Below are positions 12,338 through 22,460 of a DNA stretch of 64,000 nt, in pieces. The notes beneath the pieces were generated by a model. That model searched no databases. It worked only from the letters and a program-made list of their open reading frames with translations, and was not told the origin of the DNA. A program made the position numbers and the translations under genes. Position 1 is the stretch's first letter; each line of letters starts with the position of its first letter. Origin of the DNA: Callorhinchus milii. Taxonomy: Eukaryota. The stretch is from NCBI RefSeq assembly GCF_018977255.1, contig NW_024704742.1, forward strand, positions 7,380,001-7,444,000. The letters run 5' to 3'.

Positions 12338-14234
12338 ACATACAGCAGTTACACATCCCAGTACTGCAGCAGTTTTAAACCTTGCTTATTCTTTTGTTTA
12401 AAAGAGAAGACCTGGAGCATTTGAGGAGGTCTTATGTACGGAAAAGAATTTCTGCTGGTGAGGCGGTGGGTGGTGGGGGGAGGGAAGCTCTGGCCGATGA
12501 GTTGTTGTTCAACAAATAAAAGAACTGAGGTCAGCACCGGCGAGAAAGGCACTGATGTAGCATAGCGATGCTGCACAAGCAATCTGTGTTTCCGGAGGAA
12601 TGCTGGTACTCAACGGGTCGTTTGCTGACTTCAAACCGTTTTCCGGTCTTACGATTTCCAAACTTCAGAATAAATAGTCGCCCAACTAGAAAACTGATGC
12701 GTAGGTGCGATTGGCAGGTAAGGAGAAACTATAATATTGACATCATTTCGCCCACAAAATATACAGTCGATTCACTTTACAGTATATTCTGTGAAGCGCT
12801 TTGAGACATCTCGAAGGCGTGATAAGGCCCGATATCAAATGCAAGGATTATTATTATATTTGCGTTTAATATGTTAGAGCAGCAATTCTTCTACAGTTCC
12901 CTTTTTTTGGGTGTCACAGGCTGGAAACGTTGCTGATGCAGAGTGCTCTGAATTCAGGAATAATTTTGCCCTTTCCTTGTTATTGAAATGTTTATTTTTA
13001 AAAAGAGAACCTTCAATGGAAAGAAGGTCTGTGAATAAGATACACTTTCCATTTTCTGAAGACTACAATGAAGGAATTAACAGTCAGCGCTTTGTTTCAC
13101 CTCTTGCCAATTTTCTCAACACCTCCTCTACCAAAAGCACTTTAAATCTTTTTCCTTTTTACACTGATGTGCTACGGGTACCAGATTAGTCTATGAGATG
13201 TGACACTAACTTATCAAATGGCAACGATCATCATAGATAGCACAATGCTGCCCTCACTTGTGGGAGGAATTCCCACCAGACATTTGTAGACGTAATTCCT
13301 GAATTCGGACAGTAAAATAACACAGTCTGTGCTAAAATCTCAAGTTCGGTGGGTCTTTTGTTTCGCCTAAACATTGCCACGTTATTAGCATAATCAGCCC
13401 TCATTATCCGGTACGGTAGAGAGAAGTATTAGTTTACTCGGGGAGTTCTGGAATTTAACATAGTTTTAAGACCCGCTGGTGATTTACAGCTGTTATATGT
13501 TGGTAGAAGACACACCAGGCTTATGAAAAGGATCAACATGGTGTATTGGACCATGGGTACAGAGGGGACCATGTTCCTTTAAATTAACATTAGTTGACAT
13601 CAGTTATAATAATATATAATAATAATAACTTGCATTTGATATAGATCCTTATCACGTCTTCGAGACGTTCCAAAGCGCTTCACAAATATACTGTAAAGTG
13701 AATTGACTGTATATTTTGTGGGCGAAACACAGCAAAAGTTGTGTTAGACAAAAGTCCGTTCACAGATGTTACACCACCTCTGATGAGATCTTCCTTTGGC
13801 CAGACATCTTTCTGCTGACACTTTCTTAACCAGCCTTCAGAAGGGATAGGTTTGGAGGAGTAACGTCTAACAGCCCTGTTGATACTATTGATGACGTTTC
13901 TGAACTCAACAAATTGTAGTTTATTCAACTGTAGGACACGAGTTCAGTTAAGTTCCGTTTTACGAAAATTTAACAATCTCGGTGGATATTTGCTCTCGCT
14001 TCAACCTCAAAGCTTCCGGTAGAGGCCATTTCTTAACGAAAGCTGCTGAGATCAGACCAGCTTGTCTGCTTCCAGGGCAGAGCCAGCTCCTCTGTTTTGA
14101 CACAAAAGCAGCTCTTCGTAGAGCCTCAGCAACAGACCTCAACAAAGCAAATTTCTGAATATGCTGATCTTACTGTAAGATCTTTTAGAAAGGATGTGTG
14201 GAGTTTTTCTTCCGTCAAAATGTGTGGAGTTACT

Positions 14235-14615
14235 TCGCATACTTAATCCGGAGCAAACTCCGTGCATCCGTCTCACCAGTTCTGGCCCAGGCTCCACTGG
14301 CTCCTCGTGACCAAACAGATCGACTTCAAGATCCTCTCACACTCGTGTTCAAATCCCTTCACTCCCCGGCACCTTCCTCCCTCTCCGACCTTCTCACTCC
14401 CCAATCCACCACCCAGTGCCTCCGCTCGACCTGCACTGGCCTCCTGCTCAACCCTCGCACCCGCTGGACCACCATCAGAGGTCGCACTTTCAGCCACTAC
14501 GGCCTGAAACTCTGGAACACTCTCCCTCAATCCCTCTGCCTTGTCCCCTCTCTCCCCTCTTTCAAGTCCCGCCTGAAAACCTTCTTTATCCACTTTGCTT
14601 ACGGTCACCTTCTCA
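14235..14615 (+). mobile_element. L2 LINE 3' fragment
   Basis: SPVLA / LHWL / IDFKIL...GRTFSHYGLKLWNTLP...FKSRLKT, the typical L2 ORF2 C-terminus (frameshifted). Confidence 0.85.
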
Positions 14616-15076
14616 ACACCATAAATAATTATTATTATTATGATGTTGTAAACATTGCAAACCCAGCGTCAAATTTGCTTTCAGGTTGTGGGGAAGACAG
14701 TGGTAGAATTAAAAGAAACGTATTGCAGTGCATTCCAGGTGGATGCATCGTAGGTAACTACTGTGACTGGCAATGTTCTGCTGATAGCTTTTTGTTTGAT
14801 AGTCTGTCGCTTCTCATAAATCAAAAGGAGATCTAAAGCCGCTGTTAATTGGAAGTGCTGTGATGGAGAGAGTGCACGAAAGGAAATGATTGGGACCATT
14901 TTTCTCATGCAATTGTTAAATTCAGTGGACCCAAACATTTCTCCGAATGATACTGTTCAAATGGCTATTCCAAATCTTCGGGTTTTGTTTACCAAAGACA
15001 GCACCCGATTGATTATAAAAACAGAAGTCGCTGGAAACATTCAACAGGTCAGGCAGCATCTATGGAGAAAGGAAAG

Positions 15077-15116
15077 TGAGTCAACGTTTCGGGTCCACGA
15101 CCCTTCGTCAGAGTCG
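15077..15116 (-). ncRNA. Minimal type I hammerhead ribozyme motif (core intact, stem I degenerate)
   Basis: Minus strand reads CTGACGA-A-GGGTC-GTG-GACCC-GAAA-CG-TT-GACT: conserved core, perfect 5-bp stem II and palindromic AACGTT helix III. Confidence 0.6.
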
Positions 15117-15396
15117 GGACATGTTGGGAGGGAGAGGCTTTTACGGACGAACAGAGGTGGGAAGGCAGGGCAAGGAAAACAAAGGAGAAAATGGGGTAGA
15201 GGACAGGGGATGATGGGTTACTGCTTCCCCCGATGCCCTCCACCCTCCCCGACCCCCAGCTCGGGTCCGTAACTCTTAGGACGTCCAGCACCTTAGGACG
15301 TCCTCCCATCGTGAAAGACGCTTTACAAATGTAATTTGTTGTTGTTGTTGTTAAAGATGGGATGATGGTAAAAGCCTCTCCCTCCCAACACGCCCC

Positions 15397-15433
15397 AGTT
15401 CTGCCGAAGGGCCATGGACTCGAAACGTTGACT
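15397..15433 (+). ncRNA. Degenerate minimal hammerhead motif (core CUGCCGA)
   Basis: AGTT-CTGCCGA-A-GGGCC-ATG-GACTC-GAAA-CG-TT-GACT. Stem I AGTT/GACT pairs, but core A6 is replaced by C and stem II has a mismatch. Confidence 0.45.
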
Positions 15434-16153
15434 CACTTTCCTTTCTCCCTAGAGGATGCCTGACCTGCTGAGTGTTCCCAGCGACTTCTGTTTTTGTTTC
15501 AGATTTCCAGCATCTGCAGTAATTTTGAGTTTTGACCCGATTGATTATTATCATTTGAGTTGTACTGGACAGAGGTGAAAAGACATTTGGGTGAACTGTT
15601 GCTTGAAATGCAATTTTGGTTCATGACTTGCAAAGTCTTTAATTTTTTCAAGAAGATCATTGGGTTTGAATCTTATGCATGAGAAACCAAAGTGTCAGAA
15701 TTACAACCTATTCAGGGGAAACCAATCTGATTTGTTTAAGTGGTGAGAACACTGAGTCTGTGTGCTTCACAAAGAACTGCATCTGTCGTATGGTGAGCTG
15801 TTGCAGTTGGAGCCAGTAGTCCTTTGGCACTAATTTTATTCAAATGCAGAAATGTCACAGTCGCCTATAATAACCTGCGGGTTCTACCTCTCCATTTCCC
15901 CTCACTTTCCCCTTACTGTTGGCAAAAGGAAAGTAATGCCCAGTGTTGCGCTGGAACGTTCATAACTTGGGGGTGACTTGAAACCTGCTTTGTGCTGAGC
16001 TGGCTGTTATGAAATAGCTTTTTTTTACTCTGTTAACCATCATTCATTGACTTCCGCCACACAGGCGAGGATGTTGGTCGGGTGAGAGTGGGCTTGGACT
16101 CTGCCGTGGTGGCTCACACCTTCAGTCGAGCAACCTGCTGACATTCAACACGT

Positions 16154-16520
16154 GGAGTCCTGTAGCTCAGTGGTTAGAGCATTCGCCTCGCAAGTGAGAG
16201 ACCTGGGTTCGATTCCCAGCAGGGCTAAGGGTTGGGCAAGTTTCCTTACTCCTCACGCCTCTGTTTACCTCGCATTATGTAGGAACCCAGTTGTTAGTCA
16301 ATTGGCGGATCGCTTTCCTGGGGGTAATAATTCTTTCAAAAAAATAATTGGTCACTTGAATCCACGACTGTTTGTGGGACGCTGCTGTGCACAATTGGCT
16401 GCCGCGTTTCACCCACAAAATATACAGTCAATTCACTTTACAGTGTATCCTGTGAAGCGCTTTGAGACGTCTCAAGACATGATAAGGCGCTGTATCTATT
16501 GCAAGGATTATTACTATTAT
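16154..16520 (+). mobile_element. Young tRNA-headed SINE, subtype A, full length
   Basis: Head with A box TAGCTCAGTGG and B box GGTTCGATTCC, subtype-A middle, shared 3' body, (TTA)n end. Confidence 0.92.
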
Positions 16521-16655
16521 AACACAGGAAAAATGTGTGCTTGAGCGAGGTACCAATGGGTCATCTGGCTCCTGTGGTGCCTTCTGTGACGGGCGGTGTG
16601 GATAAAGCTGTCTTAACGTGCATGAAATTCGAGATGTTTTTCTTTTTTCCTTCAG

Positions 16656-18980
16656 AGCAATGTTAAGGACCTTCGTTGAAGAAGTGCAGAATTTCATTCC
16701 CATCGTTCTTTGCTGCCAGTTCTCAGAAGGTACTGAATCCAAGGGACAGCCTCAATGGAACATGAGCCTGACTGATGGACCCCAGCCTAGACGGTGCCTC
16801 CACTCCCTGAAAATGACGGAGGGAAAGAGACTTTAACGGCTGCACACAGGTCGCATACGAAAAAAAACAGTGCCTATGTCTAAAGGCTGCCTTTCAAGTG
16901 TAACCCTCTTTTGCTTTATATATTTGTTTTGTGTACTTTGTATTTAATACACATTGTATGCACTTTTTCATAAAGACAAAACAGTATATTACAGCTCAAC
17001 TGCAGTCGTTGTTGAAATAACGCAATGGGAGAGAAATCGTGTGTGTGCGCAGAATGTGAATCAGAACGCCTTAAGCTCAAGGCTCGGTCCAGATCAGCGG
17101 GAAGAATGAACTTAGCATTGTCGCAGGCAAGGAGTTACGGATGGCCTGGAGCTGAAACTGTGATCTCAAGATTGTGGCAAAATATTACTGCGGCTTTCAT
17201 TAAAAGTTTTCAAAAATCCACATGTATTTGCAGAATGGGTAACGCAGTGGGTGGAGCTTTTTTCCTCCCTGCTTCGGAATAATTTTGGTGAGTTTCCAGA
17301 CTGCTTTCTCTCTTTCATCTCTCCTCCACCCACTTTCCCCAGACCATATTAAAACGAAAATATTCATTTGGTTCTGAGACTTTTTCTTTCTTTTTCAGGG
17401 GAGCATTTATTCTGCCTTTTATTCGTAAAAGATCACGCACACAAAAATGCGTTTCAAAAAAAAAAACAAAAGAAACATTAAAATCGAATGTTTTTTTCCC
17501 TGCAGGGCGAGAATCGCTCGTCTTGTACTGGGGACAATTCGAGACCCACAATTTGGTGGCGTACAAGAATATGCAGCGCAGTTTTGTTTGTGTCCTTTTC
17601 TTCCATGGTGCAGGAGGGAGAGAGACCACCTGGCTGTGTAACCTCTGTGTTTGCTGTACGTTTGTGATTCTTTTATTTGTGCGTTTTTGAGAAAACTGTT
17701 GTATCATGTGTAACTTGTTGGAAGGTCTAGATGGCAGGACTGTGATGTAGTGCATGTTCATACGTAGAGAATGAGCTGATTGAAGTGCCAGATCCATTCA
17801 TTGTCCCGTGTGTGAGTGTGTTAGGCTTATATCCTCTTCTTATGGGAGCAGTTGGAGAAGCATATACCATCGACTACAGTATTTTGTCCCTGTGGGACTC
17901 TTTTGTCTGTGACTGACAGATTAAGATAAAAGATCACAGTTTCTGATTTAAGAGTGTTGACTTTGCCTCTGCAGGCTTGATCATGTGGCAGTACGCCCCA
18001 GAATTCAAAAGCGAGCCCCAGGTTATAGCACAGCAGTAATAAACACGCAGAGCTCCATCATGGTCATGGTTTGTGCTTTTATGATGTGAGCAGGGATATG
18101 ATTGAAGTTTTACATCTCTTTCCTCCCCCATACCCCTCTCCTCACCCCCTTCTCTACGAACTCTTGTTTAGGATCTTTTACCGAGACCTTTTCCCTTTTG
18201 GATTTTCGAACTGATCAGACAACAGTTTCGCAAGAGGCTGACATTTCCGAGGGCGGGTTCCTGCTTGAAGTGTTGTGGGAGGCAATATTTTGGTTTAAAC
18301 ACATGCTAGAAATGTCATTTGTTTAACATCCCTGCAGTGTAAATATTGTAAAGAGAAGACTCTCAGACCTGTGTAAGGAGCGAGTATCAGTTTCAGAGGC
18401 TACATTTCAAATCCCCCCCAGGAAGGGGAGGGGGGTGGTGAGAGAGAGATTTGGTAGTGCCGAGCAAACGGGGGAACAAAAAACACACCTCTGTTCGTGA
18501 CTTGGGCCTGTTGGTTGGGGCTTGTCTGTGAATATCTGGTTTGCCTTGTTATGATTATCCCCCCACCCCCCCCCCAAAAAAAACACCAACTCTTACTTTT
18601 TAAACTGAAAATACCCAAAGTAAATCATTCGTTCAGTTGAAAGAAGAGCAAGCAAGGAAGATTGTGGGAGGTGGGCTTTTCTTCCGAGTGCAACCTCCTA
18701 CCTTTATCTCCAAGCAGTATTTGAATTCCATGTGTTTCTGTTCTCCATCAGTTTATTTTTTTGCTCTGCAAATCTATTTTGTTTATTCAAATAGTCACTT
18801 ATCTGCATTTCAGTTAGTTAGACTTACACTTTCAAATCATTTTGTTTCTATATTTGGTTGTAAATAGCGTTAATGTACATTGAACTTTGCATTGTAAGAT
18901 TTTATTTTATTTCTTGTATTATATTGAGCAAAAATTCCTTATGTATATTAAAGTGCTTAATAAATATATTTGCTTTTCAG
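16656..18980 (+). other. ANKRD50: Putative terminal non-coding exon (3'UTR) of ANKRD50
   Basis: Acceptor-like TTTTTCTTTTTTCCTTCAG ending at 16655, with a CTTAAC branch-like motif at 16612-16617. It is followed by 2.3 kb lacking the SINE/L2 copies found on both sides, with U/GU-rich blocks, ending at AATAAA 18959-18964. Confidence 0.62.
18947..18964 (+). terminator. Polyadenylation signals ATTAAA (18947-18952) and AATAAA (18959-18964)
   Basis: Canonical hexamers at the end of a U-rich, TGTA-containing block, about 15 nt before a CA dinucleotide; repeats resume at about 19090. Confidence 0.65.
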
Positions 18981-19089
18981 CAGATTGACTTTAATTGAAC
19001 AAGTATTGGATCATGGCTTGAATGGCATGTGCAAATCGCTGTCAGACCAGAATGGGACTGTATTTTGGTGCATTAATACAAGTAGTCCA

Positions 19090-19620
19090 TATCCACCTCT
19101 CCGCTCAGCAAGTTCCAGCCTGCTCCATCTCCCCAGCCCACCCCACCATCGGAGGTCAGGGCTTCAGCCTCTCTGTCCCCACCCTTTGGACCTCTATCCC
19201 ACAGTCCCTTCATCTCGACCCCTCCCTTGCCTCCTTCAAGACACATCTCAAGACCCCTTCGGTCACCCTCCTACCTCCATCAGCACCCAGCTATATTGGC
19301 TTCCCATCCTCCAGTGGATCGAGTTCAAGATCCCCGTCCTAACCTTTAAATCACTCCACAGCCCCACTTCACCTTACCTCTGTGACCTCCTTAACTATAC
19401 TGACTCACTTCGCTCTGAGGGCATTGGCCTGCTTCGTGTCCCCCACCCTGCTGTGGGTCTCTCAGCCGGTTTGCCTCCACTCTCTGGAACTCAATCCTGG
19501 AGTTGGTTTGACTCGGTCCCTCCCTCCCTCAGTTTTTTCAACATCCGTCTCAAGACGTACCTCTTTGACCGCGGCTTCGGTTATCTTACCCCTCCCCAAC
19601 CCCTTTGGCTCCCACACTCA
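19090..19620 (+). mobile_element. Two L2 LINE 3' fragments
   Basis: GGQGFS...LWTSIP...FKTHLKT and LYWLPILQWIEFKIPVLTFKSLH motifs. Confidence 0.8.
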
Positions 19621-21097
19621 ACGGAGGTGCCAAGTCAAGAGTATTAAGCCTAGAAATATAAAGTTGGATACAGTCACAGTCTGATTACGACTCTCCATCA
19701 GCAACCTTTTCTGATATATCTGCCAGGTCATCTGCTTTATCCACTGTTCCCTACTCGAAAGTGGACTAAGTGAGGACAGTAGCAGGATTGGGTGTGATTA
19801 TCCCCAGCCACCGTCAAATATACTGGCAATGTTCACTGTCTAGATTCACAGTTGGAAGAATGGTCATTGGATAAGACAGTACAAGCCAACCGGTGGCTAT
19901 ATATTTTTTAAAAAGTATATTATGAGCATTTTAACAACAAGTATTTTAAAAAGCAGTATCATGCATTAAATAATAAGGTGCTTTTTTCAGCCACTGCCCA
20001 GGTCAGTGTCTCGCTGCCTCGACCCTCTCCCCCACTCAACCCCCAACCTTCAATACCCACCTCATTACCTACTTTTTTGACTGCACTTTTAGTCCCTCAC
20101 CTTCTTTCCACACCGCCCCACTGCCCCCCCACCTACCACCGCCCCTCCCCCGGCTTGGGCTCTCAATCATCTTCTGTGAAGTGCATAAAAGTTAATCGTT
20201 AATTATCTCAGCAATAAATTATTTCAAAGTTAAATTCTCCCCATCTGCTGTTCCGGTGGACTAAAGATCCTATGGCGCTATTTCAAAAGAGAAGGCCAAC
20301 AAGCCCCCAAATCCGTGGCTTAATGCTGTGCTCAAATGTCTGCTGCGTTTTCCCACAGAACACGTCACACCACTTTACGGCATGTCATGGCACGTGACAC
20401 GCTTTGGCATGTTTTCCCGACGTGAAAGGGGTCAATAAGTGAGTCTGATTTGCTTCAGGTCAAACTGCCTCCTAAGGTTGAATCAAACGTGTTTGAAAGA
20501 AGTCACTGATCTTGGCAACAAAATGACCGAATTCTGGCACTGATAGGAAATAAATGCAGGGTGGTGTCTGGTTAACGGGCGTAGTTTTATGACTCAGAAT
20601 GAGTGCATTATACTTGCCAAACAAAACCAGTAGCTCAGCGTTTTTGGAGTTCATTATTTAGAAGTCTGACTTTCACTTTCCTTCAAAGACAGCTGTGCTG
20701 AGCCAAACAGAACAGTCTGTGAATTCCCTTCCTTACACTGTTTGCTGTTTTAAGGCAATTGCATTTTCTTTGGAAATCATCCTACTGTTTACTCGAGATT
20801 TGGTTTGAAGTCCTGGGGCAGTGGCGGGGGGGGGGGGGACTGCATTTTACTTGAAAAAAAATCATGTCGCTATTCTATTCCTTTCCTGCCAGGGCAAATG
20901 GTGTTGGCGAGTCATCTTTGACTTCTCCAAAAACGTTTTTCAGTATATTTCAACTGAATAACGTGGGTTGTTTTAATACAAAACAACTGGGTTCTCCCCC
21001 ATCCCACCCCACCCCCCCCACCACCACCGCCTCCGTGATATTCTGACATGATAATAATATAACATGATTCAATATATAACAATAATAATAATCTTTG

Positions 21098-21265
21098 CAT
21101 AAGAACATAAGAATTAGGAGCAGGAGTAGGCCATTCAGCCCCTCCAGCCTGACCCGCCATTCAATAAGATCATGGCTGATCTATTCTAACTCCACCTACC
21201 CGCCTTATCCCCATATCCCTTAATCCCTTTATCCACAAGAAATCTATCAATCTCAGTCATGAACA
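21098..21265 (-). mobile_element. CR1-type 3' end nested in a SINE tail (SINE about 21075-21355, minus)
   Basis: CATAAGAACATAAGAA terminal repeat plus GGAGCAGGAGTAGGCCATTCAGCCC, typical of chondrichthyan CR1/HER1 3' ends; it splits the SINE tail at TTGCAT / ATAGCGCC. Confidence 0.8.
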
Positions 21266-22214
21266 TAGCGCCTTATCACGTCTTCGAGACGTCTCAAAGC
21301 GCCTCAGAGAATTATACTGTAAAGTGAATTGACTGTATATTTTGTGGGCGAAAGTGCTGTACGAGTGCAATTGCCGTCTTTACATCCTTGTTCCGTACGG
21401 TTTTCTCTAGAGCTTTGTACACTTTTTTCCAAAATGTATCTTGCGATTCCTGATGCAGTTAGTGCACTCTTCATTCTTGGCCAAACCACCTCTTGTTTAG
21501 CTTCCAGGGTTATACATGTATTTGCTCTTAGCAACCACTGACCCACTTTGTTCAGCGTCCTTGCCGTCTTTTGTGCATGCATCTGTCGTCCTACGCATAT
21601 GTGTCCAATTAATCAAGAGGCACGACTCCATTAAAACCAACAGAACAAGCTTCATCGGATAGAGCAGCTTTAAACGGTTTCACCCCAGACTTGCTCCACT
21701 ACTCTGTATGTAAATGCATAACACTGTTCAGTCAAAATCTCATCATGTAATTTTGAAAGTAGCATAATGCAATTCTCTCCTGTGTTGTGTCCCAGTTAAA
21801 CAGTCCTGGTGTTGCAGGTACAATCCCAGATGGCTGAGTGTGAATAATTTGCCTGTAATATATTCTGCGGGTAAAGCCAGATATTCACAGGGAAGCTCGA
21901 GTCAATGTCATACGGACCTCGAGAACCATTGAACAATTACAGCCCATTACTATTGACCAGGACATTACATGTTGTATACCTTTGTGTTGCTTCTTGACCG
22001 ATTTCTAGACACGAAAGTATTACAATTTTTATGTTTATATTTTTATTGACAGGGCGGAAGAATATATTTTGATGTTCGATGTGAGCTTGGCAATCTAGAA
22101 ATTCATAAATTACAAAAAAATCCTATTGAGGAGTTGGAAACAAATACTTGAATTAGACCCTAAATATGTGCTATTGTGAAATTTGGGGCTAAAGGTTCCC
22201 CCTCAGTCTTAAAG

Positions 22215-22460
22215 CCACTGTCCAGAGTAACACTGAACCATGCCACTCTAGTTAGGTCCCAGCCTGAGTTCTCTGATCTCAGCTACAGCAACGCTAGGAC
22301 TGCTCCAATTGGCTTTGTGCCTCTTGCCTCGGGAGAAGGAGCGGTTGAATAGCTTACAGACACTTGCAATCTAGACACGTACATCAAAAATGACTACTTG
22401 GGCAAAATGCTAGAGCCGTAGAAAACACCTTCAGGATAGAAGTAATTTGGAGGGAAGTGA
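22215..22460 (+). repeat. Old interspersed repeat family, unassigned (other copies near 16000-16150, 19690-19900, 23690-23800, 25520-25740 minus, 51930-52070 minus, 56425-56710)
   Basis: Recurring degenerate motifs CTGATCTCAG, AATTGGCC, CACTGTCTAG-TCACA and ATGACCACTTGGGC across copies. Confidence 0.55.

Larger units (their letters stand above)
15017..15534. mobile_element. Penelope-like pLTR-derived insertion with inverted arms, hammerhead motifs and a 14-bp TSD
   Basis: Arms 15017-15144 and 15368-15495 are reverse complements. Flanked by the direct repeat ACCCGATTGATTAT (15003-15016, 15535-15548). Each arm has CTGN2GA-stem-GAAACGTT. Confidence 0.75.
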
